A DNA stretch of 62,967 nt, filler included, from Basidiobolus meristosporus CBS 931.73 (Eukaryota > Fungi > Basidiobolomycota), in the NCBI GenBank assembly GCA_002104905.1. It is 5 parts of 5 records of this genome, joined end to end, with 100 filler letters (N's around TTAATTAATTAA, not from the genome) between each part and the next. Parts side by side here need not be neighbours in the genome. Positions count along the whole stretch, not along the records: positions 27,260 to 44,409 come from MCFE01001100.1; positions 44,510 to 55,699 come from MCFE01001281.1; 3 more parts are not named here. One strand, written 5' to 3'. Numbering within the stretch: position 1 is the stretch's first letter; each line of letters begins with the position of its first letter. The notes beneath the pieces are model-generated. The model was not told the DNA's origin, ran no database searches, and was given only the letters and a program-made list of their open reading frames with translations. This document shows, one piece after another, positions 37,262-49,130 of the stretch. A program made the translations under genes and the position numbers.

Positions 37262-40200
37262 TGTTACAAGTCTTGATATAAGAGTTGTAAAGGAATAGGG
37301 AGTTTAGCTAGTATTGTATTCACTAAAACTTGACCTGATTTATATTGAGGTTCCACCAGCTCCTTAAATACATTTTGCCAGATCAATTGCTGACTAATTG
37401 TATTTCCTAATGTAGGTTGTGGCTGATGACTCATTTGATTGCATCATCATCACCCAATTGGATCCTACATAATATATCTATTTCTGTCTGATAAGGATCT
37501 GCTGATTCATTTGCTGACTAATACTACTGATATAATAGATAATACTGATATACTGATAACCTAAGCATATAACTAACTGATTTGACTAAAAAAAGATCTA
37601 ACTTAAACATTCCAGTGGCAGATCATAACATTCCCCCCTGCTAAAGTTAAGAGGGTTCTCCTAAATCTCTTTTCTTGTGATACCAATATCTTGATGATTC
37701 AGTATTATCAGCAAGTCTTGCAAGCTTGAGTCTGTCTCTATGAACTAAATCTTCCCGGATATTCCCTTGTTTATCCACTAGTTGGTAAGTTGCAAATGGA
37801 CACTCTCTGATGATCTTGAATGGTCCTTTCCATTGTGGCTCAAACTTCTTCTGAGTGTTGTTTCTTAGCAATACAAAGTTCCCAACTATCAATGCTTCTG
37901 GTGCTATAGTCTTATCAAATCTCTGCTTCATCTTTTCTGCACTTTGAGATACTTTGGCCTGTGCCTCTTGTTGTCTTTTTTCCAACTGTTGGTGTCTACT
38001 GGGCTGACTAAGCTCATCTTCTAAGGCATCTGTAAGCTTGGGTTGTGTGAGATCTCCCGGAATCCTTGGTTTGCATCCATACACTAAGTAAAATGGTGAT
38101 TGTTGGGTAGTGTTATGCACTCTAACTCTGCAGGCAAAAAGTGCTTGCTCTATATACTCATCCCATCCACTGACAGCTCCATTTGCATACTTGGTCAGCA
38201 TTTTTCCAAATAATCCATTAAAGCGTTCAGTGACTCCATTAGTTCTGGATTGATATGCCAAGGTTTTCAAGTGTTTGATCTGCTGCATTTCCAGGTAAGC
38301 CTCTAATGTCTTTGCTATCAAGTTTGCTCCTCTATCAGATAAGATCTCCACAGGGCATCCAAACTTCATCACGATCTCATGGTAAATGAAATTTGCAACT
38401 TCTTGTTCACTGGCTATTGGTACAGCTTTAGCAACTGGCCATTTAGTGGCATGGTCAATTGCTACTAGAATCCAAAGGTTGCATTTCCTGGTAATTAACA
38501 GTCTTCCAATAAAGTCAATTCCCCATCTCTCAAATGGTCTTACAGGCTCTAAAGGGAAGAGTTTGACAATTCTTTGTGGCTGGCCTTGATTGATTTGGCA
38601 GTTTGGGCAAGTTTTCACTATCTTCTCAATATCTTGTTTCATTCTGGGCCACCATGCTATGGCTTTCACAAGGCTATAGGTTCCTTCAATCCCAAGATGT
38701 CCATAGCCATTGTGTAGCTTATGTATTAAATCCAGGCAAGCAACATAAGGGCAATAGGCAATAGGGCTTCCATCAAGAATTTGGTAGAGTATTTCATCCT
38801 GTACAACAAATTTGCTGGTTTCATCCCAGATTATCTTCTTTATCTCTTCATTCACCTCATTAGGAATGGCTTGGTCCTCCAAGTATTGTAGTAATAAGGT
38901 AGGCCAATCTGATTCATGCACCAAGTTGAGTTGTGCCACTTGTTCTAGTCTTGATAGGGTTTCAGCAACCATGTTGTTTTTCCCAGGGCAGTAGACAATC
39001 TCCCAGTCAAATCGCTGAATGTATTCACTCCATCTTGTCATTCTTCTAGATAGATCCTTCTGAGTAAATATATACTTCAGTGAGGCATGATCAGTCTTTA
39101 CAGTGCATTTGACTCCTTCAATATAGCATCTGCATGTTGTCAGGCAGTGTTTTATAGCAAGCATCTCCTTCTCATGCACAGGATAGTTTTGTTCTGCTAA
39201 GTTCAGCTTCTTGGATTCAAAGGCAACAGGGTAGTCCTTTTTGTTGTGTTCTTGACCTAACACTCCACCAATTGCATAATCTGAAGCATCTGTGCACAGA
39301 GTGAACTCTTTTCTGAAGTCTGGTATTCTTAAGCTTGGCAACTTAGCAAGTTCATTCTTGAGTGTCTGGAAGGCAGTCTCACAAGCTATGTCCCATTTGT
39401 AGGTATTGTCTTTCTTGAGGATATCTGTTAAAGGGGCTGCAATACTTGCAAACAACTTGACAAATCTCCAATAATAGGAAACCATTCCAAGGAATGATCT
39501 GAGCTCCAATATGCTATGGGGCTGCTTCATATTCTTGATTACTTCCACCTTCTTAGGGTTTAAGGTTACTCCTGTGCTAGTCACTTTGTGTCCCAGATAT
39601 TCAACATGTTCCTTTAAGAATTCACACTTGGGTAGCTTGCCATAAAGCTTGTTCTCTCTTATGTTCTTCAAGACCTTTTCAATGTGCACCAAGTGATCCT
39701 CTTCTGTCTTGCTGTATATCAGTATATCATCTGGGTAGATTATGACAAACTTGTCTAAGTACTCCTGGAAGACAGTCTGCATCAGTGTCATGAATGTTGC
39801 AGGGGCATTGGTGAGGCCAAAACTCATGACTAAGTACTTGTAATGTCCATATCTGGTCCTGAATGCTGTCTTAGGGATGTCTTCTGGCTTCACCCTAATC
39901 TGGTTGTGTCCTGACATGAGGTCAATCTTGCTGAAAATAGTGGCTCCATTGAGTTGGCCCAAGAGCTCATCAATCCAAGGTATGGGGTACTTATTCTTCA
40001 TGGTAAATGAGTTGAGGACTCTGTAGTCAATGTACATCCTAGGTGTTCCATCCTTCTTCTACACAAAAAGTACTGGTGCTCCCCAAGGTGACTTGCTGGG
40101 TCTGATATATCCTTGCTCCAGTAACTGATCTATTTGTCTCTTCATCTCTTCCAACTCCAATGGACTCATTCTGTAAGATGTCTTACTCACTGGAGGGCTA

Positions 40201-42201
40201 TCTCCTGTTTCAATGGCATGATCCATGTCTCTGACAGGTGGTAGGCTTACAAGCTCTTCTGGAAATACCTCTGAATACTCCTTCAAAAGAGCATTGACCT
40301 TCTGGGGTACTGGAGTCAAGAAATCCTCCTGTAATACTGCCATGAGGAACGTCTGAGTGCCTTTTCTTAGTGCTCTACAGAACTGTGTCTTGCTAAGCTC
40401 ACTTGTCTCACACACACTAGAATTGACCAAGCTGAAATCCAGTCTGGCAGGTAATAGCTCATAGGTCTTGTTGTCCTTCAGGATCTGAGTAACATGGGTT
40501 CTCCAATTGATTGATGGATTACAACAAAATAGCCAGGTTTTCCCAAGTACAAGGTCAAACTTGCAGTTCCCAAATATATAGGCCTGTAGATCTTCTTCAT
40601 AGTCATTGATCTTCATCCTTACTGGCTGAGTAATACGGTTGATTATGTGAGAGCTCTCATCAGCTGTTGAGACTGAAGTTGATTTGGTAGGTTCCAAGTT
40701 GATTCCAGCTTTCAAAGCAAATTGCTCTGACATGTACTCCTGCAATGCTCCTGAGTCAAGCATGATCTTAGCAGGTACTCCATTGATTACTCCATTCAAG
40801 TATAATAGCTTTCCTGAGCTTGAGGTCATCTGGGATAGGTATTCTTCTGTCATGTGGAAGGTGAGTTCTGAGTCTTCTTCAAGTTCATCCTCCATGTTAC
40901 TATGCTCCAAGGCCTCAATACGGTTAAAGGTTCTTGAAGGCTGGTGTTCATTTCTTCTTTGAGGGCAGTACTTTGCAATATGTCCTTGCTGGTGGCAATT
41001 GAATCAAAGTCCTTTCTTCTTACATTCTTCTGAGGTAGGATTCTTCTGCATAGCGTCTATTTCCATTGGCACTGCTTCTGATTGTCTTCTTTCATAGTGA
41101 TTGTAGCCTATCTGATTAGTCATTGTGGGCTTCCCAACTCTAAACATAGCTGAGTCATAGTCAATGGCAATCTTGATGGCTTCTTCAATTGTCTGAGGTC
41201 TTTGATAATTCACTTCCTTGCAAGTTCTTTCTTTCAACCCATCAGTAAAGTATTCAACTTGATCCAGGGGGTCCATTCTTTCAATTTGTCCAAATAGACA
41301 TCTGTACTCATAGATGTATTCTTCAACCATTCCTTTCTGTCTGAGTGTCTTTAACTTCCTTCTTAATAGTGTTGGCTGGTGTGGAGGCTCAAAAGCATCC
41401 TGGATTTCCAACACAAACTCATCCCAGGTAGAGATTGTAGAGCATCCCATCATAGTGGCAGACCTGATCTTGTTGTGGTACCACTGCAAAGCTGCGTCTG
41501 CCAGGTAAGAGGCTGCATAATGTAACTTGCTTTCTGGTGCAATTCCTTTAGCCTTTGAAGCTTTTTCAATCTGAAAGAGCCAAGTTCCCAGGTTTTTATG
41601 GACTTTGCCATGGTACCAGTTGACCTTCACACTAAAGTTGCTCTTGACAGGGCTTTGCTGGCTCTGAGCCATGGTTGTCATTCCTTGTTGCTGTTGGCTG
41701 AGGATCTGGAGTAACTGTTGCTGTAGGGGCAGGATTTGCTGCATGGCAATCTTCCATTCTTGATTGTCCAACATCTTGAGGGTGGTTTCTTCTTTCCTCA
41801 GGAGGGAGGTTTCTGGTTATTGGTGCTACCAATGTTACAAGTCTTGATTTAAGAGTTGTAGAGGAATAGGGAGTTTAGCTAGTATTGTATTCACTAAAAC
41901 TTGAACTGATTTTTATTGAGGTTCCAGCAGCTCCTTATATACATTTTGCCAGACCATTTGCTGACTAATTGTATTTCCTAATGTAGGTTGTGGCTGATGA
42001 CTCATTTGATTGCATCATCATCACCCAATTGGATCCTACTTAATATATCTATTTCTGTCTGATAAGGATCTGGTGATTTATTTGCTGACTGATGCTACTG
42101 ATATGATAGATAATACTGATATACTGATAACCTAAGCATATAACTAATTGATTTGACTAAAAACTGATCTAACTTAAACATTCAAGCGGCAGATCATAAC
42201 A
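37262..42201 (-). mobile_element. Full-length Ty3/Gypsy family C element. LTRs 41833-42201 and 37262-37630; single-frame gag-pol 41774-37647 with 2 premature stops
   Basis: gag with CCHC, protease MLDSGA, RT (YPDD for YLDD), RNase H TDASDYAIG and integrase HHCC/D-D-E. PBS TGGTAGCACC, PPT AGCAGGGGGGAA. LTRs differ at ~19/369. TSD is imperfect (AAACC/CAACA). Confidence 0.96.
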
Positions 42202-43606
42202 CAACAACTAGCTAGCCACAATTTAAGAATCTCAGAAAGGAATCAAGATAAAGAAATTATTTAGTTTAGGGGGGGTGTTGAGATATTGGACTAGCTGGTA
42301 TCATTCAGCAGCTGAAAGTTTACTTAGTAAATCTGAATTAGTCCTGGTCACTGTAGGACTAACTTGCATCACTAACTAGCAGCACTAACTTTGCAACTTT
42401 CTTCAGATATGTGATATTATAATTATTCCCTTATAGTTAAGACCAAATTAGCACTTTTGCCAAACATTATGTACTAACCCTGAAACTTTACAGAATGATC
42501 CTGAATGTTGAGAAACCCTCCTTGCTAGGAGTAACATCTGCAATACTTCTACAAAGGTATAAATACTTAGCTTCTTTATAGGTAACTACAGTTTAACTAT
42601 CATTAGTATTTCTTGAAAAGTTCCTTAAATCCATATCACTTCTTAAGTTGCAACAGCCCTTGCTTCATATATGTTTGCAATGTTTGCCATTAATTATACT
42701 AGAAATACTTGCACTTGATTGATACTGAGTGCTATACTCTATAGCCGCACAATATTTTGTGTACTGCATCCACTTCTATAAATTGGGTATTACTGGAATG
42801 TATCTGGAGAGTAAACAATGTTTTCCTCCTGCAATGGTGGATTCCTGACAAGTTGGGCACCTTGCAATGGTAACATTTCTGATGTTAATGCTATATAACT
42901 GTTAACACATGCTGGTATTGGAATGGTCTCTGAGTCATATGTTGCCAGCTGTATGACAGTTTTTGAATTACATCAAGTACATGATAAATTGCACACTGGA
43001 ATAATTTTGACAGAAGTAGTAATAAATACACAAAGCCGCCATTACTGACAGTAGTGGAAGCACACTGCTTCTCTAGACACAACATCACATGATTAACAAG
43101 TAGATAAATTACTGCGCCTCCTTGGCTCCATAAAGCTTCCTTAAGTTTTTTTCCATTGGTGTTTTCTCCATGCATTATGGGAGTTTGCCAGGCTCATGCA
43201 GGGTATTGTTATTAGAGGACATAGACTCAAAGTTCATTACTGAGCCTTATTTTGCAAAGTTATCACTCTGTATGCCATATTCTGAAGGCTGAGGTGAGCC
43301 TAGAGACAAAACAAACTTACCTAACACAGTTTGCGCAAGGTGACAAGCGGAGATAGGTACCAGTATACAAGTGTCTAGCATCAAGCAATATATTGCTGCT
43401 AAAATATTGATTGATGAATGGTCAAATATAGCATGTATGGTAAACTGCAGGCCATGAATTGGTAATACTTCCTATGCTATTAGCAAACTTCACAGCTGAG
43501 AGGCCTGTTACAATAGCCAAATGGTCTTTTTTACTTCTGTTATGGCATTGAGTCAAATCTTGTCCATAGGACAAACAATTTGTCACTAAGCAATGTGACT
43601 ATATTA

Positions 43607-43962
43607 TGATACAAGACTTTGTATAAGAGTTGTAGAGGAATAGGGAGTTTAGCTAGTATTGCATTCACTAGCAGTTGAATTGATTCTTATTGAGGTTCAG
43701 CAGCTCATTATATACATTTTGCCAGATCAATTGCTGACTAATTGTACTTCCTAATGTAGGTTGTGGCTGATGACTCACTTGATTGCATCATCATTACCCA
43801 ACAAGGTCCTATTGAATATTTCTATTTCTCTCCAATAAGGATCTGCTGATTAATTTGCTGACTAATGCTACTGATCTGATAGATAACACTGATATACTGT
43901 TAGGCTAAACATATAACTAATTGATATGACTAAAAACTGATCTAACTTAATCATTCAAGCGG
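43607..43962 (-). repeat. Gypsy LTR C copy interrupted near its end by family D
   Basis: Colinear with LTR C up to caagcgg, then TGTAGTGGGG begins. Confidence 0.85.
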
Positions 43963-44409
43963 TGTAGTGGGGTCACAGTGATACCCACAGGCAGATGTGC
44001 TCATTCCCATACGTTCACTTCCCTAAAAAGGATTACCCCCCCACCTATATTAGTATCATCCCAAATTGCAAAATGTTCTATCTGCCTATGTGATTATTAC
44101 TATGCAACCTGACAAACTATTTGTCACTATTAACCCATTACACAAGCTATTCCTATTCCTTGCCAAGATGCCAAGATAAGATAGTTACCATATAAGGCAA
44201 GTACCCCCAACAGTGCCTATGTCATGTGAACATCCTGGTCCTATAACCCTCTTATACTACTACCATATGAGGTAACCACATGACATAAAGGTTTCATATT
44301 ACCACTATCTGATTGGCTGGGTGCTACTATTTCTCATGGAACAATCCACCAAGAATTTGAGCTATTTTTAATACACAATGACATGATTGGCTGTCTACTA
44401 CCCTCTAGA
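43963..44409 (+). repeat. Family D repeat (LTR-like, begins TGTAGTGGGG), truncated by the gap
   Basis: Reverse-complement homolog at 55800-56424; two CTGATTGGCT/ATGATTGGCT CCAAT boxes. Confidence 0.8.
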
Positions 44410-45405
44410 NNNNNNNNNNNNNNNNNNNNNNNNNNNNNNNNNNNNNNNNNNNNTTAATTAATTAANNNNNNNNNNNNNNNNNNNNNNNNNNNNNNNNNNN
44501 NNNNNNNNNTGAGTTTTGACATCAGGGTACCAGATGGTTTGGTAAGAATATTTCATGGGGGTTTGCTAAATGGCATTGCATACCAAAGGCCCAACCAATC
44601 AAGTACCTCCCCACCTAGGAGCCATTTTATTGGCCACTTGGAAGTGTGCAGGCAATGATATGCTGGAGTTTAGTAGAAGATTGGGAACACCAGCAAATCA
44701 AAAAGTCCGGTCAGCCAAGGATCGACCATAGGGCCAATGGTGAGATAGAGCTCCAAAGGACGATCCAGTCCGGCCATGACCAATTGGCTTCGCTTGCCGA
44801 TTTCGGGGTCGGCTTGCACTAAAAAGCAAGCCGATGCCAGCGGAAGGATCAGTGTTTAGGCGCAGGGCACATCAGGCTGGCTAGAGTCCGCACGGATTCC
44901 GCAACCATTCCCGCCCGCCGCAGCTGAAATCTATTGTGGTTTATGCAAAAATTAGGCAACATCCGACTTAGTTTCTGCAACCAGCAGGTCATCAAGCGAT
45001 CACCAATGCTGGCACAGATTGATGGTTGGCATTCATTGACATACTAGCTAGATGCAACTGGCACCACGGCTGCTCCAAGGTAAGCCAGTACCGTATGTAG
45101 CCCATCGGTGCGGCCGTGCGTGCTTCAGACCATTACCGCGAGCCTTGATACGAGTCATGCCGGCATCATGCCGGACAGAGCAGGGCAGGTGGCAATACAA
45201 AGACTTGAAAGAGTTTATTGACTAAAACCAGAAAAAGAATGGGGTTCACCGGGACATTGCCAGTCGGGGGAGTCGCGGCGATGTCCACGTAGGATGAGAC
45301 CATGTCGAGTTGGTAAAGAAATGCCCAAGAGTGAAAGTAACTGAAAATGATGTGAAGTTGGCTGGCCAGGAACGGTCCAACCGGGATAATATGGGAGTCT
45401 AAGCT

Positions 45406-46029
45406 TTATAGGTTGGCGGGGGTGGCCTCTTCGACCACTGCGGGTGTCTCCACCACTTCCTTGGTCCTCACCACGAATTCCACCTTGACCGGAAGTTTGT
45501 CGGCTCCCAATCTCAACGCCTCCTTGGCGATCTCCTCTCTCATCCCTCCACCGCCGATTTCGAACAGGATCTTTCCACGGGGGACTCGGCAAGCCCAGTA
45601 CTCGAAAGCACCCTTACCTTTACCCATTCTGGTTTCGTTGCCCTTGGAGGAGACCGGGATATCGGGGAAGACGCGGCACCAGATCTGGGAGCCCTTGAGG
45701 GGCTTGATCTTCTTACGGATGGTGTTGGTTGCGGCGGTGATCTGGTTGGCGGACAAACGGACCCCGTCCTTCACTCTGAGGGCGTAGTCGCCGAAAGCGA
45801 TGTAGTTACCCTTGGTGGAGCCACCGGTACGGACGGGAATGCGTCCCTTTTGTGCTTTGCGATATTTGGTCTTGCGCGGGGCGAGTTGAGAGGCGTTACG
45901 GCATTGGGTGAGGATGGGGGAGCGTGTGATGGACAGGTGGGAGCTCAGACCAACGGAGCCACTCAATAAACCACGGGTGGTATGTTGAACGAAACCAACG
46001 GTGCTCTTTAACAAAGAAAACCCGGACAT
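45406..46029 (-). CDS. MRPL16: Mitochondrial ribosomal protein uL16m, 207 aa, single exon
   Basis: PRKTKYRKAQKGR, FGDYAL, RVFPDIPVSSKGNETRMGKGKG, KLPVK, with a presequence-like N-terminus. Confidence 0.95.
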   Translation of the reverse strand: MSGFSLLKSTVGFVQHTTRGLLSGSVGLSSHLSITRSPILTQCRNASQLAPRKTKYRKAQKGRIPVRTGGSTKGNYIAFGDYALRVKDGVRLSANQITAATNTIRKKIKPLKGSQIWCRVFPDIPVSSKGNETRMGKGKGAFEYWACRVPRGKILFEIGGGGMREEIAKEALRLGADKLPVKVEFVVRTKEVVETPAVVEEATPANL

Positions 46030-46526
46030 GTTGAAACTGGTTGGAGTGAAGACGGGGGAGGGAGGCCAGCGAAAGCAAACGGTCAGTTACGGGGGGGAGC
46101 AAAGTAGGAAACACTGGACAGTCAGAAATACCGGTGAACTGCACAAAGGTCTGTTGCTGGTTATCGAGGAACGTTGCTCAACGGACTGAACGTTACAAAA
46201 TACGGGGACGGATTTTGTGAAGTTCGCTAAGGTGGATAAATTTTTCTTGGCTTCTCGATTCCCAGAAATCGACAAAATTTTCTCTGCCGTCGGGCGGCCG
46301 CGGGTTTTGCGATCCTCTACCCCACCCCCATGGTCCTCACGATCCAATGGCATGCCGTGATCTGCTGAAAACTTTGTTTCCATTTTCGTCGTCCCTCCAG
46401 CCGACCCACCAGCGAGCAATCCAAGGTGTCGAGAGGCATTGATCAGACCTTAGGGGTCGCCAGGGATGAGGCACCAGACATAGGGGTCTGTGGTCCATGG
46501 CTCGCAGTGTCCGCTGATATCGGCGT

Positions 46527-47706
46527 ATGAGCTCTCCAACGGTGCTTGCCAGCAGGTACACCTATCAATGCCCCGTTATGCCGTGGTGGGCGTTGAAACC
46601 CTCCAACGTCAGGGGAGACTCGCTGACTGCTGTTGGGACGCCTACACGTTTCCTTCTACACTCGAAATGGTATTTTTTTCTTCCACTCAGCGGCACTCCA
46701 TCTACGCTGCAATCGACAGCCTCTACTAGATGCATACTGCGTGACTAACTTATGCATGAAATCGATAATCCCTGCGTCAGTGTTGCTCAGCTCCCGATCA
46801 CGTGACACGCGGGGATGAGCCCTCGTCATTGAGTCTACTGGCAGATCTTGGGTGGGCGTTGAATATGTTGCTGGACAGGGACGAGCTGCTCATCAGCAAG
46901 CAGGCAGAGCATCACATCCTGCTCTCGGGAAGGGCTCCAAGGGAAGGACGCCACCTGCGTTGGCAGAGATGCCCAAAGCAGCGCGTAGCAGGCAAGATCG
47001 AATCTAGCCCCTAGATCCCGTGGTGCATTGTTGCTCAAGCATTGCGCAGTCACCCGGGCAAAGGCATACATCCATTGCTGAGGGACCATGGCATATCTGG
47101 GGATCACGCTTGGGAAATGCCGCCCTGCTGGTGAATCCATGGGTTGACCGATGCTGGTGCCGCCGAAATTGGCCATGATTGCAATCCAGTAGAGTGGCCG
47201 GGTCGCCCGAGTGGGGGGCCCCGATGTGACGTGCGGCTAGGGCGGGTCTCTTCATCAGCCGGAACGGCCTCTGTGTTCTTGTGCCCGCACGAAAAAAATG
47301 GATAAACTCCATCATTTCCCGGGATGAGGCTGGATCCGACGATGCACTCAATTTCGTGCAAGATGGCGCTAATGAGGGTTTGAGGATCGCCGTGAAGCCG
47401 GGTCTCAATGGAATCCACATGGCTGTGAAGCCAAAGTACATGGAACCCACCACCAACGAATGCGTGCTGTCCATGTCTCACACGGATTCAGGGCGCTGGC
47501 ATGATTGTGCACGAATTCCTGTTGCATACTTGTGTTCAATTTTTAATGACCTGCAGCCATTTGCAATCGCAGTATGTAATGGCCATCCTGCCATTCCGCG
47601 GCTGTCATGGCGAAGCGATCTCTCCCGAAGCCCGATCGAGCGAATGCCAAAATCGTCAGTGTCGCTGAGGATGTTGATCGATGACGATCCCAGATCTTAT
47701 GACTAA
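46527..47706 (+). pseudogene. Probable multi-exon gene or pseudogene of unknown function
   Basis: CpG-rich. Plausible 57-bp intron 46556-46612 and protein-like frames DLGWALNMLLDRDELLISKQAEHH..ESSP*IPWCIVAQAL and AGLFISRNGLCVLVP..GRWHDCARIPV. In-frame TAG at 47012-47014. Confidence 0.4.
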
Positions 47707-48272
47707 TGACCATAGCCCCTGGTTGCGGTTGCTGAATCCCTTGGGCTTGACTCGCCAATTTCCACGATTCGTAGGGATCGCAGCGATGGCCACATTCATC
47801 TGGATACGATCCATCAATCGCACCTTCCTGTTTAGGCCTGGCCGTCGGCCACTGCTTACTAAACACTAGCATTGCTGGCTCCGATCCTCGGTTCGAGTGA
47901 GTCTATTCGAGCCCGCGAATGGCTTTGTACTACGGCATCTTGATTGGTAGTATATATATATCAGATATCTGGATATTTGTAGGGGATCAAGGAGGAGCTG
48001 GCTCACTCGAACTAGTACCCTAAGTATGATATGCACATTAAGGAGGGTGAGCCTGAGATTTGACAACCTTTCGTCTAATCAGGCGATCATTTGGATATAA
48101 ATTGGCCCTCCCCTGGATCTAGAAGTCGTAGAAACCTTTCCCAAAGCCCTGCCAGCACGTCAGTACCACCAAGTGTGCATATCCTTCTTTTAGGCACTGA
48201 ATCGGATTTAAGCTTGATTTGTCGGTCTTCCCATTCCTTCCCTCATTCCCCACTGCCAAAGCCACCTCACCC

Positions 48273-49130
48273 ATGTCGCAGCAAGCCATGATGCTACTAC
48301 AACAGTTCGAAAGTCAGTCTTTCCCACTGAACACCTCCCCAACCAACACCCCATTGAAGTCTGAGCTCCTGTCACCACCAATGCTCTTTGATGGTAAATG
48401 TTTTCTCTATGCTCCACCACCCCATCCGACCAACGACTTACCCTCCTTACTAGACACTGCGAACTTCTACGATCCCTCGATGTCGCCCGAGGGCTTCCTG
48501 GCTTCCGACCTTAGCTACTTCACTCCAGTCTCCACCGGGATCATCGGCCCCTCCCCCTCCGAGCAACTGCTGATGCAGTTCGAGGAGTACAACCAAGAGT
48601 CCTACGAGCAAGCCTCGATAACGCATCAGCGGAAGCGTTCGAAGCAAAGCCCTTCGGAAGAGAGTGAGACCAACTCGGAGGTAGGGGAAGACGGTGTCGG
48701 GTAGGTACTCCATATTCAAGCGTGTCGCGGCATTTGCTAAATTTCGGCCCTGAGTAGCACATGTGTCTCCAGCGCGGAGATCAAGCGCCAGATCCACATC
48801 CAGTCCGAGCAGAAGCGGCGGGCCCAGATAAAGGATGGTTTTGAGGAACTAAAGAGACACCTGCCAAACTGCAGCAACAAGAAGATCAGCAAGGCGGCGA
48901 TCCTAAACAAGAGTACGTGACCCTTCCCATGCCCAATTCAAGACCGAATCAAAGGCTAACCGCGTTTCTTCCCCCTAGCTGTTCAGCACTTGGAGCAAAT
49001 GAAGGGAGTGCAGATAACCTTGATGGCCCAGCTGGAGCAGATAAGAGCGGAGAATCAAAGGCTAAGGCGATTCTACGACATGGTGACCCAGAAGCAGCCC
49101 CTCGATAAGGTGTACTCCATCGGCCTCTGA
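48273..49130 (+). CDS. bHLH-leucine zipper transcription factor (MLX/Max-like), 3 exons
   Basis: Spliced frame gives KRQIHIQSEQKRRAQIKDGFEELKRHLP..SKAAILNKTVQHLEQM..LEQIRAENQRL. Donors GTAGGT (48701) and GTACGT. Confidence 0.9.

Larger units (their letters stand above)
32650..42655 (+). mobile_element. Old Copia family B copy 2 (LTRs 32650-33018 and 42276-42655, TSD GCTCT/GCCCT), internally deleted, hosting two nested insertions
   Basis: Colinear with copy 1; PBS GGCTATGAGCCCTG. The protease-to-integrase segment is deleted near 35210. The LTRs are clearly diverged. Confidence 0.9.

Noticed and set aside
41004-41006. Stop between Gypsy gag and pol as programmed readthrough
   Set aside because: The TGA replaces the first Cys of the CCHC knuckle (C-F-N-C), and a second stop lies in RT (40059). 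These are mutations.
44700-45222. Possible plus-strand exons (LADFG, GTAAGC donor at ~45080)
   Set aside because: In-frame stops, no other kinase motifs, and the upstream part is cut by the gap.
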